NCBI GenBank assembly: GCA_964642015.1
Contig: CAZXLF010000003.1
Coordinates: 36,204 to 100,203, forward strand
Reading direction: 5' to 3'
Source of the DNA: an uncultured Planctomycetia bacterium
Lineage (GTDB): Bacteria; Omnitrophota; Gorgyraeia; 2-02-FULL-51-18
DNA length: 64,000 nucleotides
Part shown: piece after piece, positions 38,124 through 49,286 of the stretch
Numbering within the stretch: the stretch's first letter is position 1
Layout: each line of letters opens with the position of its first letter
Notes under the pieces: generated by a model
Seen by the model: only the letters and a program-made list of their open reading frames with translations
What the model was told of the DNA's origin: nothing
Databases searched by the model: none
Program-made: the position numbers and the translations under genes

Positions 38124-38943
38124 GCGCGAGCTTGAGATCCTTAAGAAAAAGGGAAAGCGGATCGGTTTTGTTCCGACAATGGGTTTTTTGCATGAGGGGC
38201 ATCTGTCGATCGTTCGAAAAGCAAAAGTCGAAAACCACATCGTCGTGGTCAGTATTTTCGTCAACCCGCTTCAATTTGGCCCAAAAGAAGATTTTAATCG
38301 TTATCCAAGAGATCTTAATCGTGACAAAAGTCTTCTAAAACGCAACAGAGCGGATATCCTGTTCATTCCAAGGACAGATTCATTTTATCCAAAATGTTTT
38401 CAGACAACGGTCGCGGTAAATAAATTAAGCAAACCTCTCTGCGGTATTTCCAGGCCGACTCATTTTGCCGGCGTGTGCACCGTGGTATTGAAACTGCTGA
38501 ATATCATCATGCCGGACGATATTTATTTGGGACAGAAAGATTATCAGCAATTTCGTGTGATACAGCAAATGGTCAAGGATCTGGATTCTCCGGTTAACGT
38601 CAAAATGGCCCGGATCGTCAGGGAGCCTGACGGTTTGGCGATGAGCTCGAGAAATACTTTATTGATTAAAGATGAGCGCAAAGAGGCTCCGTTACTCTTT
38701 AAAGCGCTTGAAGAGGCAAAGTTGCAGGTCAGAAGAGGCGCTCGGAACGCTCAAAACATCAAGAAAGCCATTTTGGGAACCCTGAAAAGCCTGAAATACG
38801 GAAGGATCGACTACCTGGAAATTGTCGATGCTGGCACTTTGGAGTCTGTGGTACAATTAAAAGCTCATTCGACGGTGTTGGCGGCATTGGCGGTCAATTT
38901 TTCAAGAGCCCGTCTCATCGACAACGTTTTGATCAAGGTGTAA
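38092..38943 (+). CDS. panC: Pantoate--beta-alanine ligase
   Basis: GFVPTMGFLHEGHLSIV (HIGH-type motif), then the FVNPLQFG and SSRN regions. The start is placed at MKVVTD; the ORF track offers 38071. Confidence 0.9.
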   Translation: MKVVTDSKALRRELEILKKKGKRIGFVPTMGFLHEGHLSIVRKAKVENHIVVVSIFVNPLQFGPKEDFNRYPRDLNRDKSLLKRNRADILFIPRTDSFYPKCFQTTVAVNKLSKPLCGISRPTHFAGVCTVVLKLLNIIMPDDIYLGQKDYQQFRVIQQMVKDLDSPVNVKMARIVREPDGLAMSSRNTLLIKDERKEAPLLFKALEEAKLQVRRGARNAQNIKKAILGTLKSLKYGRIDYLEIVDAGTLESVVQLKAHSTVLAALAVNFSRARLIDNVLIKV

Positions 38944-38946
38944 TCT

Positions 38947-39300
38947 ATGCTTCGAGTATTGATGAAATCAAAGATCCATAGCGCCACGGTGACAGAGGCC
39001 AATTTGCGCTATACGGGTTCCATCACGATAGACAAAAATCTTTTACGCGCGACGGATATTTGTCCTTTTGAAAGAGTGCAGATCGTGAATCTTCACAACG
39101 GGACTCGTGTAGAAACCTACGTGCTTGAGGGGCAAGCGGGCTCAGGGACGATCTGTATGAACGGCGCGGCAGCCCGGTGGGCTGAAGTAGGCGACAAAGT
39201 GATCATTATTTCATACGCGCTGATGACCGACCGCGAGATTAAAAAACACCACCCAAAAGTCGTTTTCGTCGACGATAGAAACCGCATCAAGAAGTCATGA
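38947..39300 (+). CDS. panD: Aspartate 1-decarboxylase
   Basis: [29 protein letters not shown], including the pyruvoyl-forming G-S cleavage site. Confidence 0.93.
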   Translation: MLRVLMKSKIHSATVTEANLRYTGSITIDKNLLRATDICPFERVQIVNLHNGTRVETYVLEGQAGSGTICMNGAAARWAEVGDKVIIISYALMTDREIKKHHPKVVFVDDRNRIKKS

Positions 39301-40106
39301 TCAAAGTAGGCATTATAGGCTGCGGGACCATCGGTAAAGAACTCGCTCTTTCCTGTCAGAAAAAATTTTCAGATGAGGTGACGCTTGAGGCGATTGCGGA
39401 CGCGGACCTGGCTCACGCGCGCAAACTTCAAAATCTTCTCCGTCCTAAACCCAAGATATTGGCGATCGATCCGCTGATCAGGCGCTGTGATCTTGTGATC
39501 GAAGCGGCCTCGAAGCGCGCGTCCTATGAATTGGCAAAAAAAGCGTTGTCTCTGGGCAAAGATGTGATGGTGATGAGCGTTGGCGGGATCCTTGGAAAAG
39601 AAAAAGAGATCTTTGAATTGGCCAGGACTCACCGGTGTTGCTTGTATCTGCCGAGCGGCGGTGTGGTCGGGATCGATGGCTTAAAAGCGGCGGCGATCGG
39701 AAAGATATATCGCGTCACTTTGACGACACGGAAACCCCCGCAAGGTTTTGAAGATGCACCTTATGTGATCAAGCATAATATCAATTTGAAAGGCCTGAAG
39801 CAGGAAAAAGTGCTATTTGAGGGAAACGCCTCGGAGGCCGTCAAAGGATTTCCAAAAAATATCAATGTATCAGCGACGCTGAGTCTCGTTGGTCTGGGCG
39901 CCAAGAAAACTAAAGTGCGCATCATCGCCAGTCCTCACATGCTGGTGAACATCCATGAAGTTTATGTTCAGGGTGACTTTGGATCTTTTTATACGAGGAC
40001 CGAGAATTTTCCTTCCGAGCAGAATCCGAGGACCAGCCGCCTTGCGATCCTTTCGGCGGTAGCGACGCTAGAGCGAATACTGCGGAATGTCAAAATAGGC
40101 ACTTAA
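39297..40106 (+). CDS. L-aspartate dehydrogenase (NadX family)
   Basis: [17 protein letters not shown] Rossmann start. The roughly 265 aa length and a C-terminal domain with a conserved His region are typical of Asp dehydrogenase. Confidence 0.7.
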   Translation: MIKVGIIGCGTIGKELALSCQKKFSDEVTLEAIADADLAHARKLQNLLRPKPKILAIDPLIRRCDLVIEAASKRASYELAKKALSLGKDVMVMSVGGILGKEKEIFELARTHRCCLYLPSGGVVGIDGLKAAAIGKIYRVTLTTRKPPQGFEDAPYVIKHNINLKGLKQEKVLFEGNASEAVKGFPKNINVSATLSLVGLGAKKTKVRIIASPHMLVNIHEVYVQGDFGSFYTRTENFPSEQNPRTSRLAILSAVATLERILRNVKIGT

Positions 40107-40118
40107 AGTCAATTCAAA

Positions 40119-40691
40119 ATGCCTGGATCTCCAAGCGATCAAGATCTCATTGATGGTTGTATTGAAGGAAAAAAAGAATCTTGGGATATTTTTGTTGAGC
40201 GTTTTTCAAAACTCATCTATTGGAGCATTTGGAGAGCGCTCGAAAAAACGTCATTTTCTCAACGGACCGATTTGGTTCAGGAAATTTTTCAGGATGTTTT
40301 TCATAAGCTTCTTGACCGGAACCAGCTAAAGAGTCTCAGAAAGATCGAGAGTCTCAGCACATTCCTGACCATTTTGGCTTATCATGCGGCGATCGATAAG
40401 ATGAAAGGGCTGACGCGCCGGCAGGAATTGGACGGCATTATTTCTGATCCGGAAAAAATAGGTTCCGGCCATGAGATCATTTCCCAGGAAAGGGAAGAGT
40501 TGGTTTTGAAAGCGCTTGAAAGCCTGTCTCTGAGAGAGCGTCTTTGTGTTGAATGGCATTATCTGGATGACAAACCGCACAGAGAGATTGCCGAGATTTT
40601 GGGGATACCTCAGGACACGGTTTCAACTGTCATACGGCGGACCAGAGAAAAATTAAAGAAGATATTCTTAGAGAAGGGGATTTCAGATTAA
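40119..40691 (+). CDS. ECF-type RNA polymerase sigma-70 family factor
   Basis: Region-2 features (FVERFSKLIYWSIWRAL...DLVQEIFQDVFHKL) and a region-4 HTH (EIAEILGIPQDTVSTVIRRTREKL). Confidence 0.8.
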   Translation: MPGSPSDQDLIDGCIEGKKESWDIFVERFSKLIYWSIWRALEKTSFSQRTDLVQEIFQDVFHKLLDRNQLKSLRKIESLSTFLTILAYHAAIDKMKGLTRRQELDGIISDPEKIGSGHEIISQEREELVLKALESLSLRERLCVEWHYLDDKPHREIAEILGIPQDTVSTVIRRTREKLKKIFLEKGISD

Positions 40692-40751
40692 ATTTTCAAA
40701 GAATGAACGAAAATCGGGGCATTTGTCGTCATATATATTAGAGGAAATAAA

Positions 40752-41336
40752 ATGGATTCGTTAGACAAGCAAATAAAAGCCTATTTTGAAAAAGAATCAG
40801 ACAAGATACTGAAAAAAGATCGTTTGGAACGCGTTCCTAGCGTGGACGCATTTTACCGATTTATCTGCGGTAAGATGGAAGGCGATGATCTTGAGCGAAT
40901 GCTTGGATATTTGAAAGATCATCCTGAAGCGCAGGATCTGGTATCCAGCGCCCGCGCAGATCTATTATCTAATGATAGTTCTGCCGTTAAGATGCCGCCC
41001 TCCTCTTGGGTTGAAGATGCCAAGAATTTATTCACCGGCGGCTCCTCGGTCAAATGCCCTCATTGTGGAAAATCTATCACGCCGTTCAAGAAGCCTGTAC
41101 AGAATCAAAAAATGTATAATTTTTTATGGATAACTTTGTCGCTATTGGCCTTTTTATCTTCTTTTGTTTTTCATCGATATTTTTTACAATGTCTGGCTGT
41201 CGCGCTGTTCTTTGGGATCAAATGGATCATTGACCAAAGAGCCACTAAAACGCAGATACTGATCTATAAGGCGTTAAAAGGCGAGGATCCCGGTGTTCAT
41301 TCCAGGCATTTACATAACCACCCAACTCATTTATAA
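40752..41336 (+). CDS. Putative anti-sigma factor with a zinc ribbon and a transmembrane segment
   Basis: Immediately downstream of the ECF sigma gene. N-terminal cytoplasmic domain, CPHCGKSITP zinc-finger-like motif, then 2 hydrophobic helices. Confidence 0.5.
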   Translation: MDSLDKQIKAYFEKESDKILKKDRLERVPSVDAFYRFICGKMEGDDLERMLGYLKDHPEAQDLVSSARADLLSNDSSAVKMPPSSWVEDAKNLFTGGSSVKCPHCGKSITPFKKPVQNQKMYNFLWITLSLLAFLSSFVFHRYFLQCLAVALFFGIKWIIDQRATKTQILIYKALKGEDPGVHSRHLHNHPTHL

Positions 41337-41358
41337 TCACCGTTCATAATCATTTTAT

Positions 41359-41436
41359 CGGGATGTAGCGCAGCTTGGCTAGCGCGCTTGGTTCGGGACC
41401 AAGAGGTCGTGGGTTCGAATCCCACCATCCCGACCA
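41359..41436 (+). tRNA. tRNA-Pro (anticodon CGG), CCA-encoded
   Basis: Manual fold: acceptor CGGGATG/CATCCCG, D-stem GCGC/GCGC, anticodon stem CTTGG/CCAAG with loop TTCGGGA, T-stem GTGGG/CCCAC with loop TTCGAAT, discriminator A, then CCA. Confidence 0.85.
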
Positions 41437-41568
41437 TTTTTTCTTAGTTCCTACCCTTGACAACCCTCATATCATCGGGTAACTTTCTATTTACCGTCTT
41501 CACCAATGGTCTTTTATATAAGGATATTTTCACCTTGAATGATCATTTGATCCATAGCAATTCTCAAA

Positions 41569-41597
41569 GCCTGCTGAATAGAACAGCAGGCTTTTTT
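41569..41597 (+). terminator. Rho-independent terminator downstream of tRNA-Pro
   Basis: GCCTGCTG-aatagaa-CAGCAGGC perfect stem followed by TTTTTT. It lies inside the ORF-track ORF 41457-41726, which is therefore judged spurious. Confidence 0.65.
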
Positions 41598-41696
41598 AGT
41601 TTAAAGAAATATAGGATTATAAAACAATTAAATAAGGTGAAGAAGGGTTATAAAGAATACAGAACTTTAACTCCTCAAACTTATTGGAGGTTTATT

Positions 41697-41858
41697 GATG
41701 AAGTCTCCGCGTTTACTAAGAAATAATCCCGACGTTTTATCTTACGTTTGTTTTAATCCTATTTACCGCGCGTCCCGCGCAATGCGTAAAAAATTCCGTT
41801 ATCATGTTATGTCTAAAGCAAGATGGGTGCGGGTAAAAGCATTTGTAAGCGCCGTATG
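41697..41858 (+). CDS. Small basic hypothetical protein (53 aa)
   Basis: GGAGG RBS 7 nt upstream of the ATG. Encodes MKSPRLLRNNPDVLSYVCFNPIYRASRAMRKKFRYHVMSKARWVRVKAFVSAV. Flanked by terminators at 41569-41597 and 41903-41927. Confidence 0.35.
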
Positions 41859-41902
41859 ATCTAAAATTTGCTTCGCTGATTGGGAGCGCGTCGCATGATC
41901 AA

Positions 41903-41927
41903 GGCCGGAGAAATCCGGCCTTTTTTT
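41903..41927 (+). terminator. Rho-independent terminator upstream of the MFS transporter gene
   Basis: GGCCGGA-gaaa-TCCGGCC perfect stem followed by TTTTTTT. Confidence 0.7.
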
Positions 41928-41931
41928 ATTT

Positions 41932-43116
41932 GTGAAATGGTATCATAAACCGATGAGCAGATCCCGTCCGGCTATATGGTTTGTTATCCTTATCGGTTTT
42001 GTCAGCCTTTTTGCTGATATGACTTATGAAGGGGCCAGAAGCGTTGCTGGCCCTTATTTAGCTGTGTTAGGCGCTAACGCGACCGTTGTCGGGTTTGTTG
42101 CCGGCGCAGGCGAGCTTATTGGTTATGGTTTCAGACTTATATTTGGTTACTTAAGCGATCGCACTAGACGTTATTGGTTCATTACTATAACGGGATACGC
42201 GATTAATCTTTTGGCGGTACCTTTACTGGCTCTTAGCGGGAACTGGCTGATAGCCGCTTTTCTTATAATGTCCGAGCGTATGGGGAAAGCTATTCGGACT
42301 CCGGCGAGAGATGCAATGTTATCGCACGCGGTGCATGAGATCGGCGCTGGTTGGGGATTTGGCCTGCATGAAGCGATGGACCAGATTGGCGCAATGGTCG
42401 GGCCTCTTATCGTCACGCTCGTATTAGCGGTCAGGCATAGTTATCGTAGTGGATTTGCAGTTCTTTTGATCCCGGCCTTCTTAGCGCTCGGGACGCTGGT
42501 CGCGGCTCGGAAGCTTTATCCAAAACCTCACGATCTTGAGATCTCACAAATTCACATCAATGAAAAAAAATTCTCGGGAGTTTTCTGGCTTTATGTAGCA
42601 GCCGCTTCACTGATCGCCGCCGGATACGCCGATTTCCCTCTCATTGCCTTCCATTTTGAAAAAACAAGAGTAGTTCCTGATCTTTGGATACCCATATTTT
42701 ATTCTATTTCCATGGGCGTGGCGGCGCTCGCGGCGATCGTGTTCGGCAAATCGTTTGACCGCTGGGGGATATCCGTTATAATTTTATCGGTGATGTTATC
42801 GTTATTCTTTGCCCCGTTTGTGTTCTTGGGAGGTTTTTGGTTTGGAATGATTGGTATGGCTTTGTGGGGTGTCGGGATGGGCGCTCATGAGTCCGTGATG
42901 CGGGCAGCGGTTTCCCAGATGGTTCAAATAGAAAGAAGAGCTACAGCATTTGGAGTGTTCAACGGTTTCTATGGTATTTTTTGGTTTTTAGGAAGCCTAG
43001 CGATCGGATTTTTTTATGACCGTTCGGTTTCGGCAGTAATTTGGCTATCTGTAATACTGCAGCTTATTGCAATCCCGTTTCTAATAGCCGTAGCGGTTAA
43101 AATGAAAAGATCATGA
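41932..43116 (+). CDS. MFS-family transporter
   Basis: 394 aa with about 12 hydrophobic helices. MFS-like loop motifs (GYLSDRTRRYW; the GKAIRTPARDAML region). Confidence 0.75.
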   Translation: MKWYHKPMSRSRPAIWFVILIGFVSLFADMTYEGARSVAGPYLAVLGANATVVGFVAGAGELIGYGFRLIFGYLSDRTRRYWFITITGYAINLLAVPLLALSGNWLIAAFLIMSERMGKAIRTPARDAMLSHAVHEIGAGWGFGLHEAMDQIGAMVGPLIVTLVLAVRHSYRSGFAVLLIPAFLALGTLVAARKLYPKPHDLEISQIHINEKKFSGVFWLYVAAASLIAAGYADFPLIAFHFEKTRVVPDLWIPIFYSISMGVAALAAIVFGKSFDRWGISVIILSVMLSLFFAPFVFLGGFWFGMIGMALWGVGMGAHESVMRAAVSQMVQIERRATAFGVFNGFYGIFWFLGSLAIGFFYDRSVSAVIWLSVILQLIAIPFLIAVAVKMKRS

Positions 43117-43541
43117 AACATACATTAAGCGCAGGCGGCGTGGTCGTGAACAATGGCCGAGTGCTTTTGGTGAATCAGCACGGAAATTCCTGGTCTTTAC
43201 CCAAAGGCCACGTTGATCCGGGTGAGACATCTTTGGATGCGGCTAAAAGAGAGATCTATGAAGAGTCTGGTATAAGCAAACTCAAACTTATAGAGCCCCT
43301 CGGAACTTATGAGCGGCACCGCATTGCATTGAATGGGCACGGAGAAGATACATCAGAATTAAAAACGATTGAATTATTCTTGTTCCAAACAGACGAGGAA
43401 GCGCTAAAACCGGTCGATGCACATAATCCCGAAGCCAGATGGGTTTTGCCTGAGGAAGTTTGCAATTTTTTGACGCATCAAAAAGATAAAGACTTCTTTC
43501 TGTTAGTGCTGCCCAAGCTTGCCAAGATGAAAAATAATTGA
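43113..43541 (+). CDS. NUDIX hydrolase
   Basis: Nudix box GHVDPGETSLDAAKREIYEESGI. Confidence 0.85.
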   Translation: MKHTLSAGGVVVNNGRVLLVNQHGNSWSLPKGHVDPGETSLDAAKREIYEESGISKLKLIEPLGTYERHRIALNGHGEDTSELKTIELFLFQTDEEALKPVDAHNPEARWVLPEEVCNFLTHQKDKDFFLLVLPKLAKMKNN

Positions 43542-43609
43542 TGCCTGAAACATGGTTTTGAAAGCACGTATCTGATAAAATAATCACGCTCTTATTAGGG
43601 CATTAAAAC

Positions 43610-43939
43610 ATGGCAACAATAGTTCTTTTAACGATCTCTAATCTGTTCATGACGATCGCGTGGTATGGGCATCTGAAATACAAAAACGTGGCTTTATGGA
43701 AAGTAATCCTGATCAGCTGGCTTATTGCATTTGCGGAGTATTGTTTCCAAGTGCCGGCGAACCGCATCGGTCATGAAAGGTTCACGGCCGCTCAGTTAAA
43801 AACGATCCAGGAAGTCATCACGCTTGTTGTGTTCTGTATTTTTTCGGTTGTTTATCTTAAGGAAGATCTCAAGTGGAATTATTTTGTCGGTTTTGGCATG
43901 ATCATCGGAGCAGTATTTTTTATTTTCCACCAATGGTAA
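43610..43939 (+). CDS. DUF486 / DMT-superfamily small membrane protein
   Basis: 109 aa with 4 TM helices. N-terminal LLTISNLFMTIAWYGHLKYK is characteristic of the DUF486 family. Confidence 0.5.
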   Translation: MATIVLLTISNLFMTIAWYGHLKYKNVALWKVILISWLIAFAEYCFQVPANRIGHERFTAAQLKTIQEVITLVVFCIFSVVYLKEDLKWNYFVGFGMIIGAVFFIFHQW

Positions 43940-44408
43940 CCAAGAAAATTTACAGCGCATACTATAAAAGCCCTATTGGCTGGATCCGGATCCAAGGCGA
44001 TGGTCGCAGGATCCTGGGCTTGGAGTTTGTATCAAAGAGAAAAGGAAAAGACGCTGCGCATCCTTCACTTTTGCCGGCTTATAGGCAGCTAAAAGAATAT
44101 TTTAGCGGCAAACGAAAACGTTTTTTGTTGAAACTGGGTTTTGATGGGACCTCATTCCAACGGGCCGTGTGGTCAACACTTCAAAAGATCCCTTTCGCAG
44201 GTAAAACTTCGTATCAAAAAGTTTCTTCGGCGATCGGGCGGCGTAAAGCGGTCCGCGCGGCCGGGACCGCGATCGGAAAGAACCGGTTTGCGATCGTGGT
44301 GCCATGCCATCGTGTCGTGGCCTCAAGCGGTGACATCGCTGGATATGCTGGTGGTGTATGGAGAAAAAAATGGCTCCTGCAGCACGAATCAAAAATAAGC
44401 AAAAAGAT

Positions 44409-44412
<4 letters not shown>
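43933..44412 (+). CDS. ogt: Methylated-DNA--protein-cysteine methyltransferase
   Basis: Active-site motif VPCHRVV and the upstream helix-turn-helix region. The start is chosen at 43933 (ATGGTAA overlap with the upstream stop); the ORF track also allows 43873. Confidence 0.85.
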
Positions 44413-46734
<2,322 letters not shown>

Positions 46735-46738
46735 GAAA

Positions 46739-47338
46739 ATGAAGGAGATATGGATGAAAAAAATCGTTTTATTTTTAATTTGCACTATGTTAATAACGGA
46801 TCTTTCTGGATGTGCGTCCGTGGAAAAGAAGTTCATCAGAAAGAAAAAAGAGCCCGCACACATCCCGGCAGCCGTTTATTTTGAAGAAGGTCCGTATCAA
46901 AAGAAATTTTCCAATGCTTATTATTATAAAACACATTATACGCTTTGGAAAACCTGGCATACCGAATTGATCGAAGGTATCGGAGGTAACCGCAAGAAGA
47001 CCCAGCGCAATGCTGAAGAAACGCTGAATCATTTGAACGAAATGAATAATTATCTGATCCCGGAAAAACAAAAAAAACTCCAGCCGATGTTGAGCGAGCT
47101 GACTACTATGGCCAAAAAATTCGAAACAGGATCTTATGCGCAATCACAGGAGCCTGAACTTCGCGTGGAGCTGGAAAAGATCAAGCGTTTGATCGACAAT
47201 GATTTTTATTATGATAAAGTCGCGAATCAGATCCTGCCGGATACGGTGAACTTGGGATTTCCTTCGCCTTCGCCGTCGGTAAATTTGTCACCGAATCCCA
47301 ACCCAAGTCCGAGCGTTTCGCCCCCAACAAACCCATGA
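46739..47338 (+). CDS. Lipoprotein with a Pro/Ser-rich C-terminus
   Basis: Lipobox LSGC after the signal peptide. C-terminal SPSPSVNLSPNPNPSPSVSPPTNP. Confidence 0.55.
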   Translation: MKEIWMKKIVLFLICTMLITDLSGCASVEKKFIRKKKEPAHIPAAVYFEEGPYQKKFSNAYYYKTHYTLWKTWHTELIEGIGGNRKKTQRNAEETLNHLNEMNNYLIPEKQKKLQPMLSELTTMAKKFETGSYAQSQEPELRVELEKIKRLIDNDFYYDKVANQILPDTVNLGFPSPSPSVNLSPNPNPSPSVSPPTNP

Positions 47339-48222
47339 CCGAATTTCTGGAACTTTTTTTAGATTTCCTTTCAATTGAGAAAGGGCTTTCAAAAAACACG
47401 CTCATGGCTTATCAACGCGATCTGGAGAGGTATTTATCTTTCTTAAAAAAAAACGGAGTTTCATCGATCGACTCGGTCAATCGGAAAATGATCATGGACT
47501 TTTTGCTGAAAGAGAGGGATCGCGGTTTAAACGCCAGTTCTGTCGCGCGAGGGCTGGTTGCGATCCGGATGTTTCATCGTTTTTTGACCGAAGAAGGAAA
47601 GATTAAAGAAGATGTTACGGAAGTGTTGGAGGCACCGAAACTTTGGAAGCATTTGCCCGATTATCTCAGCATTCAGGAGATCGAAGCGCTTTTAAAATCT
47701 CCCAATTTGCGTAAAGCGCAGGGAATACGCGATCAGGCATGTTTAGAGCTGATGTACGCAACGGGTCTCCGGGCTTCGGAGGTCGCCGACCTAAAAACCG
47801 GCCATATCAATTTTGAGACCAGCTATTTGAGGATCACCGGAAAAGGAGAGAAACAGCGGATTGTTCCAATGGGAAGAAGCGCAAGAGACAGTGTCAAAAA
47901 ATATTTAGAACGAGTAAGATCTAAATGGGTAAAAGACGGTGATCAAGATGCGCTTTTTGTGTCAAGATCGGGGAAGAAATTATCCCGCCAGACCATCTGG
48001 ATGATCTTGAAGAAATACATCCGTAATGCCGGTCTGAAAAAAAGAGTCTACCCGCATATTTTAAGGCATTCATTCGCGACGCACCTTCTGGAAAACGGCG
48101 CGGATCTGCGCGTGGTCCAGGAGCTTTTAGGGCATTCGGATATTTCGACGACCCAGATCTATACGCACGTCGAAAGGTCGCGACTGAAAAGCATTCACCA
48201 AAAATTTCATCCAAGGCCATAA
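47335..48222 (+). CDS. xerD: Site-specific tyrosine recombinase XerD/XerC
   Basis: C-terminal catalytic region LRHSFATHLLENGADLRVVQELLGHSDISTTQIYTHV with the conserved R..HxxR..Y. Confidence 0.88.
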   Translation: MTEFLELFLDFLSIEKGLSKNTLMAYQRDLERYLSFLKKNGVSSIDSVNRKMIMDFLLKERDRGLNASSVARGLVAIRMFHRFLTEEGKIKEDVTEVLEAPKLWKHLPDYLSIQEIEALLKSPNLRKAQGIRDQACLELMYATGLRASEVADLKTGHINFETSYLRITGKGEKQRIVPMGRSARDSVKKYLERVRSKWVKDGDQDALFVSRSGKKLSRQTIWMILKKYIRNAGLKKRVYPHILRHSFATHLLENGADLRVVQELLGHSDISTTQIYTHVERSRLKSIHQKFHPRP

Positions 48223-48234
48223 GAGGAGTTAAAC

Positions 48235-48585
48235 ATGTCACAGCGATCCAACCAGGTTTCAGAGGAATTAAGAAAGATCATCAGCATGATTCTTTTAGAG
48301 GATCTGAGCGATCCGCGTATGGGTTTTGTCACGATCACGAGGATCGAATTGACTGATGACCTGCGGTTTGCGCGAGTTTTTTACAGCGTGCTTGGCGATG
48401 CGGCACAGAAAGAAAGTACGCGTGAGGCACTGCAGGAGAACATGGGTTTTATCAAAAAGCTGGCGGTAGAACGCATCAATATGAAATATGCGATGGATAT
48501 CAAGTTTGAGCTCGACAAATCGATCGAGCACAGTTTTCATATCGATGAGCTTCTGAGAAAAATCAAAAAGAACGAAAGCACCTGA
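48235..48585 (+). CDS. rbfA: Ribosome-binding factor A
   Basis: RbfA KH-like signature RVSEELRKIISMIL...DPRMGFVTITRIELTDDLRFARVFYSVLGD. Confidence 0.9.
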   Translation: MSQRSNQVSEELRKIISMILLEDLSDPRMGFVTITRIELTDDLRFARVFYSVLGDAAQKESTREALQENMGFIKKLAVERINMKYAMDIKFELDKSIEHSFHIDELLRKIKKNEST

Positions 48586-48587
48586 CC

Positions 48588-49286
48588 GTGGACGGCATCC
48601 TTCTTTTTAATAAACCCATTTTGTGGACAAGTCACGATGCAGTTGATTTTATCCGCCGGAAATTAAGCCAAAAAACAGTCGGGCATGCCGGCACTCTGGA
48701 TCCGCTTGCTACGGGTCTTTTGGTGATACTGCTTGGTAAGGCAACAAAACTTTCCGAAGAACTGAGCCGTTCGGATAAGGAATATGCAGGTACTGTTACG
48801 CTTGGGATCCGCACCGATACACAAGATTTGGAAGGCAGGTTTATATCAGTCAAAAACGCGGAGCATGTTCAAAAAAGCCATGTTGAAACGGTCTTTTCCG
48901 AAATGAAAGGAATCTGCCAGCAAGTCCCTCCGGCATTTTCAGCTACCAAGAAAAAAGGTAAAAACCTTTATCGCTGGGCTCGGGAAGGTGTGATGGTCAA
49001 AAAAGAACCGAGACAGATTACGATCGAGCGTCTTTCTGTTACGGAATTTTTTTTCCCCGAAGTTCATTTTACTTTGAATTGCTCGAAAGGCACCTACGTT
49101 CGAGTTTTATGCGATGAGATCGGAGAAAGGCTTGGATGTGGCGCGACACTCTCGTCCTTATTACGCATTCGATCAGGAGAGTTTTTTCTGGCCGGCGCGT
49201 TAAAAAAAGAAGACATCCAATTTTTATCATTAACGGAAATTGAAAAACGTCTTGTGCATCGACATGAAGATCTATTACGGGTTTAA
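48588..49286 (+). CDS. truB: tRNA pseudouridine(55) synthase
   Basis: GTG start. GILLFNKP...TSHDAV...GHAGTLDPLATGLL, with the catalytic Asp in GTLDP. Confidence 0.9.
   Translation: MDGILLFNKPILWTSHDAVDFIRRKLSQKTVGHAGTLDPLATGLLVILLGKATKLSEELSRSDKEYAGTVTLGIRTDTQDLEGRFISVKNAEHVQKSHVETVFSEMKGICQQVPPAFSATKKKGKNLYRWAREGVMVKKEPRQITIERLSVTEFFFPEVHFTLNCSKGTYVRVLCDEIGERLGCGATLSSLLRIRSGEFFLAGALKKEDIQFLSLTEIEKRLVHRHEDLLRV

Noticed and set aside
41457-41726. 89-aa ORF from the six-frame track downstream of tRNA-Pro
   Set aside because: It contains a perfect rho-independent terminator (41569-41597) in its middle, is AT-rich and has no RBS. It is more likely non-coding.
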